From Trueperaceae bacterium (GTDB lineage: Bacteria; Deinococcota; Deinococci; Deinococcales; Trueperaceae), in contig CBDCDZ010000004.1 of assembly GCA_965215565.1 (NCBI GenBank), positions 3,840,001 through 3,904,000 on the forward strand: 64,000 bases of DNA, written 5' to 3'. The notes beneath the pieces were generated by a model. The model was not told where the DNA came from and searched no databases. It worked only from the letters and a program-made list of their open reading frames with translations. Position 1 is the first letter of the stretch; the number at the start of each line of letters is the position of its first letter. This document shows positions 19,592-29,231 of the stretch, piece by piece. Both the position numbers and the translations under genes were made by a program.

Positions 19592-20200
19592 TTAAAACGT
19601 AAGCTGCGTGTCCGTCGTCGGGCTCAGTTCCGCTGCGCCCTGCCCACTCGGGAGGACGTATTGCACGTCTAAGTCCTCGATGCCCGGATAGAGCGCGAAA
19701 AGCTCACGCAAGCTGACGCTGTTCAAGCTGTCCGACTGGGCGCAGGTAAAGGTGTAGGTGGCGTGGAATTCGCTGTGGACTGCGCCTTCTTCGCCCTCTT
19801 CGTCGCTGTGGTCATCCGCGCCGCCGGTCTCCTCGTCGCTGTGTTCCTCGCCTTCCTCGTGACCCTCTTCGCTCGTGACCTCCCGCTCGACCTCTTGGTC
19901 TGACAGCTCACAACCTGCGGCTTCGGCTGGACTGAAAAGCGCCGCGCCGTCCTCTAACTGCGCCAGCGCGTCCTCGACTGCCGCTTCCTCCTCAGGAGTG
20001 GCAGGCTCGTACTCGAAGCCGACGAGGTTCACCGCCAGGCTCACAAACTCCATGTTGAGCGTCTCGCCGTCCAACACCACGGAGAGCGCCGCCGCGCCGT
20101 GCTCGTGGGGTTCCTCCTGTACGAAACCGCCCGTCTGCGCCGCTCCGAAGGAGGCGAGAGAAAAGAGCGCGACACCTGTACTAATGAGAATCTCTTTCAT
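19592..20200 (-). CDS. DUF2796-family zinc-uptake protein (ZrgA-like)
   Basis: Signal peptide, HEHG, NLVGFE, acidic/His-rich loop, HSEFHATYTFTC. Confidence 0.88.
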   Translation of the reverse strand: MKEILISTGVALFSLASFGAAQTGGFVQEEPHEHGAAALSVVLDGETLNMEFVSLAVNLVGFEYEPATPEEEAAVEDALAQLEDGAALFSPAEAAGCELSDQEVEREVTSEEGHEEGEEHSDEETGGADDHSDEEGEEGAVHSEFHATYTFTCAQSDSLNSVSLRELFALYPGIEDLDVQYVLPSGQGAAELSPTTDTQLTF

Positions 20201-20279
20201 TACTGACCTCTCCTTTGTTCTTTAATACATCATTTCTTCTCTACAAAAGCTAACTTAACAAAATGCTCGAGCTTCTTGA

Positions 20280-20295
20280 TGAGAATAAGAAGTCA
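20280..20295. promoter_or_regulatory. Candidate Fur-family box upstream of the zrgA-like gene
   Basis: TGAGAAT-AA-GAAGTCA; resembles TGATAAT-TG-ATTCTCG at the znuA start. Confidence 0.4.
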
Positions 20296-20360
20296 TTGTC
20301 AACTCTGTGTCAGCGCATAACAGGGTAAGGGTACATGGCGACTTGCGCGGGCTCATCCTC

Positions 20361-21481
20361 TCAGTGATGATGCGCGTGCTCCAACTCCCCCTCTTTGAGT
20401 GTTAAGCGGTCCCCGCGAAACATTAAAGCGGCGATGAGCGTGGTGAAGGGCACGGCGAGGATGAGCCCCACCGAGCCGACGAGCGTGTGCACCACCTCGG
20501 AGGCGACGAGTTCGAGGTTCAAGGCCCGCATGAACGTGAAGTCGCTGAGCGTCAAGAGGACCAAAAGCGGCAAGGCTGCGCCCGTATACGCCAACACGAG
20601 CGTGTTCACGAGCGAGCCGATGTGGTCGAGCCCGACGTTCATGCCGCGCTTGTAAAGTTCCGCCAGCCCGAAGTTCGGGTTGACGTGCGCCAACTCGCGA
20701 ATCACGCTCGCCTGCACGATGGTGATGTCGGTCAGCGCTCCGAGTGCGCCGATGAGAAGCCCTGCTAAAAGGAGTCCTTTGAGGTTGACTTGACTCGCGC
20801 CGTACGAGATAAACGCCGCCTCATCGCTCCCGAAACCCGTGAGGTGCGCCGCCTCGGTGAAAAAGATGCCTAAGCCCATCGTCGCGAGCACTGCCGCAAA
20901 CGTACCGATGAGCGCCGCCGTCGTGCTCCACGAGAGCCCGTGCACGAAGTAAATGGCTAAGATGAGGATACCGCCGACGCCCAAAAGTGAGACGAGAATG
21001 GGGTTCCAGCCACCCAAGATGCTCGGCACAACAAAGCCGATGACGATGGCTAAGCTCGAGGCAGTCGCGAGAAACGCCCTGAGCCCCTTGCCCCGCGCAA
21101 CCGCGACTGAGACGCCCAAAAAGAGAAGGACGAGCCAGAACAGCGCAGGACGCCGTATCCAGTCCGACACGACGTACTGGCGTGTCCCGTCCGGCCCCGG
21201 CGCGTAGTAGATTTCGACGCGCTCGCCCGGCTCAAAATCGGGCAGGTCTGAAGGCAGACCGACCTCTTCGGGCAGCGGCTGACCTAAGTCGGCGGAGATG
21301 ACCTCGCCGCTAGATAAACGCACCTCGGCGAAGCGTGTTTGTTTACGGAGAGGATGCGCCCCTCGAGATACCCCACCTCAGCTGCTCTTTGCTGCGTACT
21401 TACTTGAGCTAAAACACCGCTCGAGCCCGTTAAGATAAGAACAAGGAGCAGCCACTTGTTCAGCGTCGCAATAGTTTGCAA
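20361..21481 (-). pseudogene. YibE/F-family membrane protein split by a 1-nt frameshift near 21340
   Basis: Signal-peptide ORF 21481-21284 (GAGGGAG RBS) and the YibE/F body (GALTDITIVQAS, DHIGSLVNTLVLAYTG) join at GTAAACAAACACGC. Confidence 0.75.
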
Positions 21482-21573
21482 GGTTTTTCTCCCTCTTGGT
21501 GGACTGTCTCAACGGACTGTTTTAGGTGTGCACTGGGACGCCTTCACTGACCACCAGCCCGTCTAATTACGCT

Positions 21574-21601
21574 GTAGGGGTGGGTTTCAAACCCACCCTA
21601 C
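21574..21601. repeat. GTAG-type REP-like palindrome
   Basis: GTAGGGGTGGGTTTCAAACCCACCCTAC. Confidence 0.7.
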
Positions 21602-21639
21602 CCGGCTGCGTGCTCGGTCATAACGTATCTGCTTCTTCT

Positions 21640-22023
21640 CTAAACTGCTTGACATCCTGGGCAGAGCCCATAAAGCGTGAGTTCGTGGTCTTTCACCTGA
21701 AACCCGCCCGGCAATGTAACACCTTCTAGCACCGCTACCGGGCAAGTTGCGTCGAGTTCGAACACCCCTTCGCACGACTCACAGCGGAAGTGATGGTGAT
21801 GACCTCGCCCGGCAAGTTCGAAGCGGGCGCTTTCACCTGGCAGGTGCACCGCGACCACATCGCCCGATTCTTCCAAGCTGCTCAAGTTGCGGTAGACGGT
21901 GGCGAGCCCTAGACTCGCTTGCGCTTGGCTGGCGTTCTCTAAGACCTCTTGCGGTGTGAGCGGTCCGGGCGCGGTTTCTAGCGCCTGCACAATCGCGCGG
22001 CGCTGTGAGGTTTGGCGTTTCAT
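21640..22023 (-). CDS. Fur-family transcriptional regulator (Zur-like by context)
   Basis: TSQRRAI, LATVYRNL, HHHHFRCESC, YGLCPGC. Confidence 0.92.
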   Translation of the reverse strand: MKRQTSQRRAIVQALETAPGPLTPQEVLENASQAQASLGLATVYRNLSSLEESGDVVAVHLPGESARFELAGRGHHHHFRCESCEGVFELDATCPVAVLEGVTLPGGFQVKDHELTLYGLCPGCQAV

Positions 22024-22120
22024 TCTCGTAGTTTACCAGATGAATAGGCAGCGCCTACGCTTACTGGGAACCTCTCTCAGCAAGTGGCGCGTCGTCGCTG
22101 GAGCATTCGCTCAACTTGGG

Positions 22121-22173
22121 TTGACAAAGCCTCGTGGCGGACCTTACGATAGCTAGATGATAATTGATTCTCG
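22121..22173 (+). promoter_or_regulatory. znuA promoter (TTGACA-N18-TACGAT, leaderless) with a candidate Fur-type box over the start codon
   Basis: -35 at 22121, -10 at 22145, ATG 6 nt later; TGATAAT-TG-ATTCTCG at 22158-22173. Confidence 0.6.
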
Positions 22174-23131
22174 CTTCAAGAGGTGGTGCCCCAAGTGGTT
22201 TGCGGGCGTGTTTCTGCTCGCTCTGCTGATATGGACGCAAGCTGCTGCGCAAGTGACGGTCGTCACCTCCATCCACCCCTACTACGCGCTCGTGCAAGAG
22301 GTGGCAGGTGAGCGCGCTAACGTCGTGCGCCTTCTCCCGCCCGGCGCGTCACCTCACACGTTCGACCCGACGCCGCGCGACGTGGCGCAACTCGCCGAGG
22401 CGGACCTCGTCGTCTTGAACGGTGGGTTAGACGAGTGGCTCCTGGATTTAGTGAACGCCAGTGGCGCGAACGCGGCGGTGCTCGAGGTCATAAGCGAACT
22501 CGAGTTCGAGCCGCTGGGGGGCGAAGAAGCGCATGGTGAAGATGAGCACGGTGAAAATGAGTCTGGCGAAGACGAGCACGGTGAAGACAGTCATGAAGGA
22601 ACCGACCACAACCACAGCGGCGTCAACCCGCACGTGTGGCTCGAGCCTGCGCTCATGGCGGAGGTTGTGCCTATGTTCGTTGAGCGCCTCACCGAGATAG
22701 ACCCTGAGAACGCCGAGACCTACGAGGCAAACGGTGAACGGGTTGTCTCCGAACTCGGCGTGCTAAACGCCGAACTGCAAGAGGTCATGGAGCCCTTGCA
22801 AGGTGCAGCTTTCGTCCCCTTTCACGACGCCTGGCCCTACTTCGCGCGGCACTTCGGGCTCGACCTCATCGTCGAAATCGAACCCGCTCCCGGACGTGAG
22901 CCGAGCCCTGCGTATATTGCTGACGCCCTTTCCCAGATTGACGGAAGCGGCGCTAAGGCGATTTTCAGCGAGGTGCAGTTGCCCGCGCGCCCCGCCGAAG
23001 TCGTCGCGGAGAGCGCTGGCTTAACGCTCTACATTCTCGATCCTTTGGGCGGTGGCGCTGAAACCGAGAGCTACGCCGAGCTGATGCGCTACAACGTAGG
23101 CGTCGTGCAAGAGGCGTTAGGTGATGAGTAG
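22157..23131 (+). CDS. znuA: Zn/Mn ABC transporter substrate-binding protein
   Basis: GASPHTFDPTP, His/Glu-rich loop, NPHVWL, FHDAWPYF, LDPLG. Confidence 0.88.
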   Translation: MIIDSRFKRWCPKWFAGVFLLALLIWTQAAAQVTVVTSIHPYYALVQEVAGERANVVRLLPPGASPHTFDPTPRDVAQLAEADLVVLNGGLDEWLLDLVNASGANAAVLEVISELEFEPLGGEEAHGEDEHGENESGEDEHGEDSHEGTDHNHSGVNPHVWLEPALMAEVVPMFVERLTEIDPENAETYEANGERVVSELGVLNAELQEVMEPLQGAAFVPFHDAWPYFARHFGLDLIVEIEPAPGREPSPAYIADALSQIDGSGAKAIFSEVQLPARPAEVVAESAGLTLYILDPLGGGAETESYAELMRYNVGVVQEALGDE

Positions 23132-23143
23132 AGGGCGTTTGGT

Positions 23144-23896
23144 ATGGTTGAGCCGATGAGCGACCCGCCCGCCCTCCACATCCACCACGTCAGCGTGCGC
23201 TTCGGCGAGGTTGAAGCGTTGCAAGATGTATCGTTCGACCTCTCTAAAGGAGAATTTCTCGCCGTCGTCGGACCGAACGGGGCGGGCAAATCCACGCTCG
23301 TCAAGGTGGCGTTGGGGCTCATCAAGCCGAATAAGGGTCACGCGGCGCTCTTCGGGCAAGATGCGGGCAAGAATCCCGAGCGCATCGGCTACGTGCCGCA
23401 GCTCAAGACCTTCGACCGTTCCTTTCCAGCGACCGCCCTGGAACTCGTCGTGTCGGGATTGCGGCGGCGCTGGCCCGCGCGGATTAAGCGTGAAGAGAGG
23501 GAGAAAGCGCGAGCCGCCCTCGCGCAAGTCGGCGCGGACGCGCTCCTCTCGCGTCCCCTCGCCAAGCTCTCCGGCGGCGAGTTGCAGCGGGCATTTTTGG
23601 CGCGCGCTTTAGTCAGGAAACCTGACATCGTCCTCCTCGATGAGCCCGCGACGGGCGTGGACTTTTTAGCCGAGCACGACCTCTACGACCTCTTGGAGCG
23701 CTACCAGACGGAGACGGGCGCAACCGTCGCCATGATCACGCACGACCTCTCAGCGGCTCGCTACCACGCCTCCAAAGTCGTCGTCTTGAACCGCCGTTTG
23801 CACGGTTTCGGTTTGCCCCAAGAGGTGCTCTGCGAGCGCTGTCTCAAGGATGCTTATGGTCACGTCGGGCACGCGCATGAGGTTATTACTTTATGA
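23144..23896 (+). CDS. znuC: Zn/Mn ABC transporter ATPase
   Basis: GPNGAGKST, IGYVPQ, LSGGELQR, LLDEP, His-rich tail. Confidence 0.88.
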   Translation: MVEPMSDPPALHIHHVSVRFGEVEALQDVSFDLSKGEFLAVVGPNGAGKSTLVKVALGLIKPNKGHAALFGQDAGKNPERIGYVPQLKTFDRSFPATALELVVSGLRRRWPARIKREEREKARAALAQVGADALLSRPLAKLSGGELQRAFLARALVRKPDIVLLDEPATGVDFLAEHDLYDLLERYQTETGATVAMITHDLSAARYHASKVVVLNRRLHGFGLPQEVLCERCLKDAYGHVGHAHEVITL

Positions 23897-23926
23897 ACCG
23901 CGCCGTGATTCAGTCGTGACGGTGGT

Positions 23927-24739
23927 TTGATGGACGGGCTTATCGAGGTCTTTCAGTATCCCTTTATGCAGCGGGCACTCCTAGCCGGGCTTTTGGTAGC
24001 GGTTTCCGCAGCCCTCTTAGGCGTCTTCGTCGTGCAGCGCGGCTTGTCCTTTTTAGGGGACGGGCTCGCGCACGCTTCCTTCGGTGGCGTCGCCTTAGGG
24101 CTCCTCATCGGCGTGAGCCAGCCACTTTGGGTGGCGCTACCCTTCACGCTAGGCGCGTCACTTGGCATCGCGTGGGTGCGCGAGCGCACACAACTCTCGT
24201 CGGATACCGCTATCGGCATCTTCTTCGCTGTGTCGGTGGCTTTGGGTGTCCTTTTTATCAGTCTGCAAGAGGGTTACACCGTAGACGCCTGGCAACTCCT
24301 ATTTGGCTCGATTCTAGGCATTACTCAGGGTGACCTCTGGGTGGTTACAGGGGTAGCGCTCCTCAGCGTGTCGCTCTTCGTGCCGCTTTGGGGACAGCTT
24401 GCCTACGCAACCTTCGACGCGGAGTTGGCGCAGACGGACGGGGTGGAAGTGCGGGGGCTCGAGTACCTCTTATTCGCCCTCGCCGCCGTGATTATCGTCG
24501 TGAGCGTCAAGGTCGTTGGCGTGATTCTCATCGCCTCGTACCTCGTCATCCCCGCCGCCGCCGCGAGGCTCCTCTCGCGCTCACTCTTCTCTATGACGCT
24601 GCTGAGTATCCTCATCGGTTTAGTGAGTACGGCGTTTGGGCTCATGCTCTCGTACTTTCTGGATGTACCCAGTGGCAGCACCATCATCTTGACGCAAGCA
24701 GCGGTGTTCGTCGTGGCGGCGCTCTTTGCAAAAGGGTGA
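23927..24739 (+). CDS. znuB: Zn/Mn ABC transporter permease (ABC-3)
   Basis: FMQRALLAG, GDGLAHASFGG, LFGSIL, PSGSTIIL. Confidence 0.88.
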   Translation: MMDGLIEVFQYPFMQRALLAGLLVAVSAALLGVFVVQRGLSFLGDGLAHASFGGVALGLLIGVSQPLWVALPFTLGASLGIAWVRERTQLSSDTAIGIFFAVSVALGVLFISLQEGYTVDAWQLLFGSILGITQGDLWVVTGVALLSVSLFVPLWGQLAYATFDAELAQTDGVEVRGLEYLLFALAAVIIVVSVKVVGVILIASYLVIPAAAARLLSRSLFSMTLLSILIGLVSTAFGLMLSYFLDVPSGSTIILTQAAVFVVAALFAKG

Positions 24740-24741
24740 AA

Positions 24742-24805
24742 GAAAGCAACGAGCAATGAGTGAAAATCTTTAGACTCATTGCTCATTGCTCGTTGCTTTC
24801 AACTG
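24742..24805. repeat. Inverted heptamer array (same unit as 19398-19591)
   Basis: GAAAGCAACGAGCAATGAG ... CTCATTGCTCATTGCTCGTTGCTTTC. Confidence 0.8.
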
Positions 24806-24859
24806 TCTTTAAGAGGTAGAGCGCAGTCTCGAGCCTCATTCCATGCCTAAACTGAGCCT

Positions 24860-25201
24860 ATGACCCATCAACTCGTCAAGGAAAACCACATCATGTCGGG
24901 CAACCTCTCCGGCATCGAGCGCATCTACCGCTGCGCGAACGACTACGGCGCAATCGTCTACAATGAGCCGCCCGGCTCTGAGTTCGCGGACCGTTTGCTC
25001 GTCACGCCCGTGCATTTTGACAGCGAAGACGATAGCAGCTACAAAATCCTCTCCACCGAAGAGGTCACGGAAGGTGTCGAGTCGGGCTCGCTCATGCGCC
25101 CTAAATTCATCTTTGACGCCGAAGAGGTCGACGTGATTTTAGACCAGCTATGCGCTTACACGGGAGAGGAGCGTCAAGACGGTGGAACAGCTTACGCATG
25201 A
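24860..25201 (+). CDS. Hypothetical protein
   Basis: 113 aa; TAAACT 6 nt before the ATG; host-like codon usage. Confidence 0.7.
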   Translation: MTHQLVKENHIMSGNLSGIERIYRCANDYGAIVYNEPPGSEFADRLLVTPVHFDSEDDSSYKILSTEEVTEGVESGSLMRPKFIFDAEEVDVILDQLCAYTGEERQDGGTAYA

Positions 25202-25400
25202 GGAATTCTTAGCGCTTTCACCCGAAGAGATGCAAGGGCGCACCGGTATTCAAGTACCTGAAAGCGCGAGCGAAGAGGAACTAGAAAGCTACAAACAAAA
25301 GGCGTGGGAGAGCTACAAGCAAGACATCAAAACGAGAGACCAGTGGGGCACGGCGGACCAGTCCACGCCACTGCCGCACGGGGAAGAGCCGGAAGTTTAG
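25182..25400 (+). CDS. Small acidic hypothetical protein
   Basis: 72 aa; overlaps the upstream ORF; GGAG-rich upstream sequence. Confidence 0.6.
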   Translation: MEQLTHEEFLALSPEEMQGRTGIQVPESASEEELESYKQKAWESYKQDIKTRDQWGTADQSTPLPHGEEPEV

Positions 25401-25517
25401 AAAGCAAGTAGCCAGTAGTCAGAATTCAGTAGGAGCGTCACGCTGACTGCTGACTTCTGTCTGCTCTTCTTTTACACCCTTTTTGGCTTTTTACACCTTT
25501 TAGCTCATACTTACTTT

Positions 25518-25790
25518 ATGGCACTGAACATCAAAAACCAAGAGGTCGAACGGCTCGCCGCTGAGGTGAGTGAGCTGACGGGCGAGAGCAAGACGCAGGC
25601 GATTCGCAAGGCGTTAGAGGAGCGTAAAGAGCGGCTCGCTTTGCAAGGTAAGCGCAAGTTGAGCGCAGAAGAGCTGTCCGCGTTCATGGAGGAGCGCGTT
25701 TGGTCCAAGATTCCCAAAGAGTTGCGCGGCAAAGGTATTTCTCAGGAGGAGCAGGACGAGATTTTGGGTTACGGCCCCGAAGGATTCTAG
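25518..25790 (+). CDS. vapB: VapB antitoxin
   Basis: MALNIKN.EVERLA.E....TGESKT.AI..AL and the C-terminal EILGYGPEG. Confidence 0.9.
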   Translation: MALNIKNQEVERLAAEVSELTGESKTQAIRKALEERKERLALQGKRKLSAEELSAFMEERVWSKIPKELRGKGISQEEQDEILGYGPEGF

Positions 25791-26168
25791 GTGATTCTGG
25801 ATACCTCCGTGATTATCGCGGTGATTCAAGAGGAGCCTAATCACATGATGCTTTTGGGTAAGCTCCAAGCCGCTGAAACTATAGGGGTAGGTACACCCAC
25901 CTTAGTTGAGGTGGGCCTCGTCTTAGGCTCGCGCTTGGCGAATGCGGAAGTTATCCTTGCGGCATTTTTAGAGCTTCATAACGTTTACCCCATCGCTTTT
26001 GGTGAGCAGCACTGGCGCGAGGCCACCACCGCCTTTCTCCGCTTCGGCCGCCACCCTGCTAAGCTCAACTTCGGAGACTGTCTCAGTTACGCCACCGCGA
26101 AAGTTGCGAACAAACCGCTTCTCTACGTCGGGGACGATTTCGCGCAGACAGACATCGCGCGCGCCTAG
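25791..26168 (+). CDS. vapC: VapC PIN-domain toxin
   Basis: MILDTS..IA, HPAKLNFGDCLSYA, LLYVGDDF.QTD. Confidence 0.92.
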   Translation: MILDTSVIIAVIQEEPNHMMLLGKLQAAETIGVGTPTLVEVGLVLGSRLANAEVILAAFLELHNVYPIAFGEQHWREATTAFLRFGRHPAKLNFGDCLSYATAKVANKPLLYVGDDFAQTDIARA

Positions 26169-26262
26169 AGACCGCCTTCACCTCTTTGAAATGCGGGCTA
26201 AAGAGAACGTATCAGCAGGTCTCGAGCTGCGCTGGTATTTTCATCTTTCAACCGTTTCAGGC

Positions 26263-28101
26263 CTAATCGGACGCAACCTCTTCTTTCCGACTCACCTTTT
26301 CCGCTAACCCCAAGCGCGGCAACTTCTCGTCCACCTTGCGCTTGACCTCTTGGGTCATGGTGATCTTGTCGGGCCACGCTCTCGAGAATCCCTCCTCAGC
26401 GAGCTTGGGCGTTCCGTCCATCACGAACATCGGACCGCTCACGCCTTCTAAAATCTGCACGTCGCGCTCGGGGTCGATGTTGTTTAAGAGCGTCCAGATG
26501 CAATCTTCGAAGTCTTGCGGATTCGTCTCGTTATCCAATACGGCGATGAGGCGCACACCTTCCGCTTGCGGCTGCTGCGCCGCCCACTCGCCCAAACGCT
26601 GACCTTGCCCCGCTCGCTTTTTCTCTACCGTGATGAACCAGAAGCCGCCCTCAAGCTGATGCTGACTCGCAATCTCTGGGTGTTTCGGCAGGTCTTTTTC
26701 CAAACGTGTCGGATTGGGCTGCCAGGCTTTATTTTCACCCTCCTCGTCATGCTTCACCGTCCCGTCCACGATGAGCTTACTCCCGTAACTCCAGGCGCGG
26801 CTCGAGTGGTCCAGCACATCGGTTGGACCCTTCGCAAACTGCGAATCGCGCCCCGGCACGGCGTTTTTCAGCACGGTGCGCCAGAACGCTAAGTGCTTCT
26901 GCGGCGGAGCGTCTTCATCCGTTACGAGCAACACTTTGGCGAACATCATCTGTCCGAGTCCCAAAAGCCCGTTCGCCACCTTGTACGCCTGCCCTGGATA
27001 CTCCTTGTTGATGACGATGTTCACGAGATTGTGCGCGATGCCTGCGGGCGGCATGTGGTAGTCGCGCAGTTCACTCATGATGAGCTGCGCGGGAATCAAA
27101 AAGATACGCTCGGACGCTTCGATGAGGTAGGCGTCCTCCATCGGCGGACGCCCCACGATGGTCGCGGGGTAGACCGGATTTTTGCGCATGGTGATGGCGG
27201 TGACGTGAAAGGCGGGATAGAGGTCTTGCAGCGTGTAGAAACCTGTGTGGTCACCGAAGGGTCCTTCGGTACGCCAAGGCTCGTTCGGGTCGATGTAGCC
27301 TTCTAAGACAAACTCCGCTTGCGACGGAACCTCCAAATCCACCGTGACGCCTTTGCAAAGTTCAATAGACTTACCTCTTAAAAACCCCGTGAGCGAGAAC
27401 TCGTTGATGCCGGGGATGGGCGGGATGGGTGCGGTGGCGGCGTAGGTGAGTGCGGGGTCTCCGCCCAAGGCGACGGCCACCTCGAGCCTACGCCCCAACC
27501 TCTTCGCCTTCTCCAGATGTCGCGCCCCCGTCTTGTGGCGCTGCCAGTGCATCCCCGTCGTGTTGCGGTCAAAGATTTGCATCCGGTACATGCCGATATT
27601 CACGTCACCTGTTTCGGGGTTTTTGGAGATAACCAGAGGCAGCGTGACGAAGGGTCCGCCGTCTTGGGGCCAGCATTTGAGCACCGGAAGTTTATTAAGG
27701 TCCACCTCATCGCCGCGCCACACCACCTCTTGCACCGGTCCCGAACGCACGCGCTTTGGGGGCAGCGAGGCGAGTTCTTTGAGTTTCGGCAAGTTCGAGG
27801 CGAGACCCAAGAGCCCGCCGCCTAGCTTGACTTCGGTGAGGTCACGGATGCGCTCACCAACCGCGTCCAAGCTCTGTGCGCCCAAAGCCAGCGCCATGCG
27901 CTCCCGCGTGCCGTAGAGTCCGATGACGAGTGGGAAGTCCTTGCCCTCGACGTTCTCGAAAAATAAAGCAGGACCGCCCTGCTTGACCATGCGGTCGGCG
28001 ATTTCGGTGATTTCTAGGTCATGAGAGACTGGCTCGGTAATGCGGACGAGTTCACCGCGCTTTTCCAGTTCAGCGATGAAATTTTGGAGGTTTGAATACA
28101 T
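26263..28101 (-). CDS. UbiD-family decarboxylase, menaquinone (futalosine pathway) MqnL-like
   Basis: LEITEIADR, DGGPFVTLP, NIGMYR, EGPFGDHTGFY, GPTDVLDHS, duplicated C-terminal NNIDPERD. Confidence 0.88.
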   Translation of the reverse strand: MYSNLQNFIAELEKRGELVRITEPVSHDLEITEIADRMVKQGGPALFFENVEGKDFPLVIGLYGTRERMALALGAQSLDAVGERIRDLTEVKLGGGLLGLASNLPKLKELASLPPKRVRSGPVQEVVWRGDEVDLNKLPVLKCWPQDGGPFVTLPLVISKNPETGDVNIGMYRMQIFDRNTTGMHWQRHKTGARHLEKAKRLGRRLEVAVALGGDPALTYAATAPIPPIPGINEFSLTGFLRGKSIELCKGVTVDLEVPSQAEFVLEGYIDPNEPWRTEGPFGDHTGFYTLQDLYPAFHVTAITMRKNPVYPATIVGRPPMEDAYLIEASERIFLIPAQLIMSELRDYHMPPAGIAHNLVNIVINKEYPGQAYKVANGLLGLGQMMFAKVLLVTDEDAPPQKHLAFWRTVLKNAVPGRDSQFAKGPTDVLDHSSRAWSYGSKLIVDGTVKHDEEGENKAWQPNPTRLEKDLPKHPEIASQHQLEGGFWFITVEKKRAGQGQRLGEWAAQQPQAEGVRLIAVLDNETNPQDFEDCIWTLLNNIDPERDVQILEGVSGPMFVMDGTPKLAEEGFSRAWPDKITMTQEVKRKVDEKLPRLGLAEKVSRKEEVASD

Positions 28102-28127
28102 ACCTCATGGTACTCGGGTGCCTTCTT

Positions 28128-28319
28128 TTACTCCCTGTGGTGGGGTACAAATGGTGATTTTTCTGCGTTTAGTTCGAACCTATCTTCGCGGTCTTCGCTG
28201 AGGATAGTTTCGATAGAGAGGTTGTGCTCTCCTGTCGCAACACTTTTTTGTAGCTCTGCAAGCTCTTCAGCCCAGCGTTTCGTATCCAGCTTGCCGCCAT
28301 CTTGTTTCGCCTTAGTCAT
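28128..28319 (-). CDS. Small hypothetical protein, antitoxin-like C-terminus
   Basis: TAAGAT 6 nt before the ATG; SIETILSEDREDR. Confidence 0.45.
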   Translation of the reverse strand: MTKAKQDGGKLDTKRWAEELAELQKSVATGEHNLSIETILSEDREDRFELNAEKSPFVPHHRE

Positions 28320-28370
28320 ACTGCTATCTTAGCCTCTTTGCGGGCTCATCAAAAGAAAACGCATGTATTT

Positions 28371-29129
28371 TTATTCATTAGCTGGTTCAAAGATGAGAAA
28401 ACCACCTGGGGTAAAAGTGAGTTTGAAATTTTGGTTCTCGAGTTTATCAAAGTAGCTCGTTGATATAGCTCCTTCAGACCCGCTCTGCCATTCGCTCGCA
28501 GACAAATATTCCAACATATAGCGCGTATCCTCGCGGAACGTCTCCCAATCAGAAGAGGTGAGACCACAAACAGCGCTCTTTTGCTCGGCGAACTCGGAAA
28601 ACTCATCGTGGTTGACGCAGTCAACGACACGCACGTCAGCCTCTATGAAAATAGCATCAATGAGATAGTTCGAACTTTGCTGACCTCGTTCTGAGATAGG
28701 GGGCACAAGATAATCGATATTTAGAATGGTTGAACTCCATATGCGCCATTCGCCCTCATGTTGGCGAAACGCCCATAGCTGGTCTACGGCGTTATCTGCA
28801 AACGAAGGCCCACTCAACTTTCGCGTCAGGTATTCGATGCGGGCATAGGCATAATCCTTATCTTGAGCGAGAAATATCCAGTGCTTACCTGGAGAGTAAG
28901 TAAGGTCGTAGGTAGTTGACACCTGCCGAGCAATCTCTAAGCTCTGTCCGAGGAATAGGCTGTCAGGGTGGAGCGTATTTTCTATCGCTTGCAAATCTTC
29001 AGCTTCAAGCGCTTCGAAATGTTCTTGGACTAGAGTATGGAGTTGATTTTCTAACCAGACATTTTGGCAAAAAGCGAAAGAAAAGAGGCAAAAAGTGAGT
29101 GTAGCGATTATGAGTTTTGGCGTAACCAT
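28371..29129 (-). CDS. Secreted hypothetical protein with an NTF2-like N-terminal domain
   Basis: Signal peptide; HFEALEAEDL...TLHPDS...GEWRIWSS; AT-richer; TACGAT 6 nt before the ATG. Confidence 0.65.
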   Translation of the reverse strand: MVTPKLIIATLTFCLFSFAFCQNVWLENQLHTLVQEHFEALEAEDLQAIENTLHPDSLFLGQSLEIARQVSTTYDLTYSPGKHWIFLAQDKDYAYARIEYLTRKLSGPSFADNAVDQLWAFRQHEGEWRIWSSTILNIDYLVPPISERGQQSSNYLIDAIFIEADVRVVDCVNHDEFSEFAEQKSAVCGLTSSDWETFREDTRYMLEYLSASEWQSGSEGAISTSYFDKLENQNFKLTFTPGGFLIFEPANE

Positions 29130-29231
29130 AGAGTAATCGTAAAGGTCTGAAATGGCACTTCAGATGCAAAAGCTAACAACTTGGAGGTGAGGAATCAGCA
29201 AATCTCGTAGAATTCACGGTAAACTAACGCC

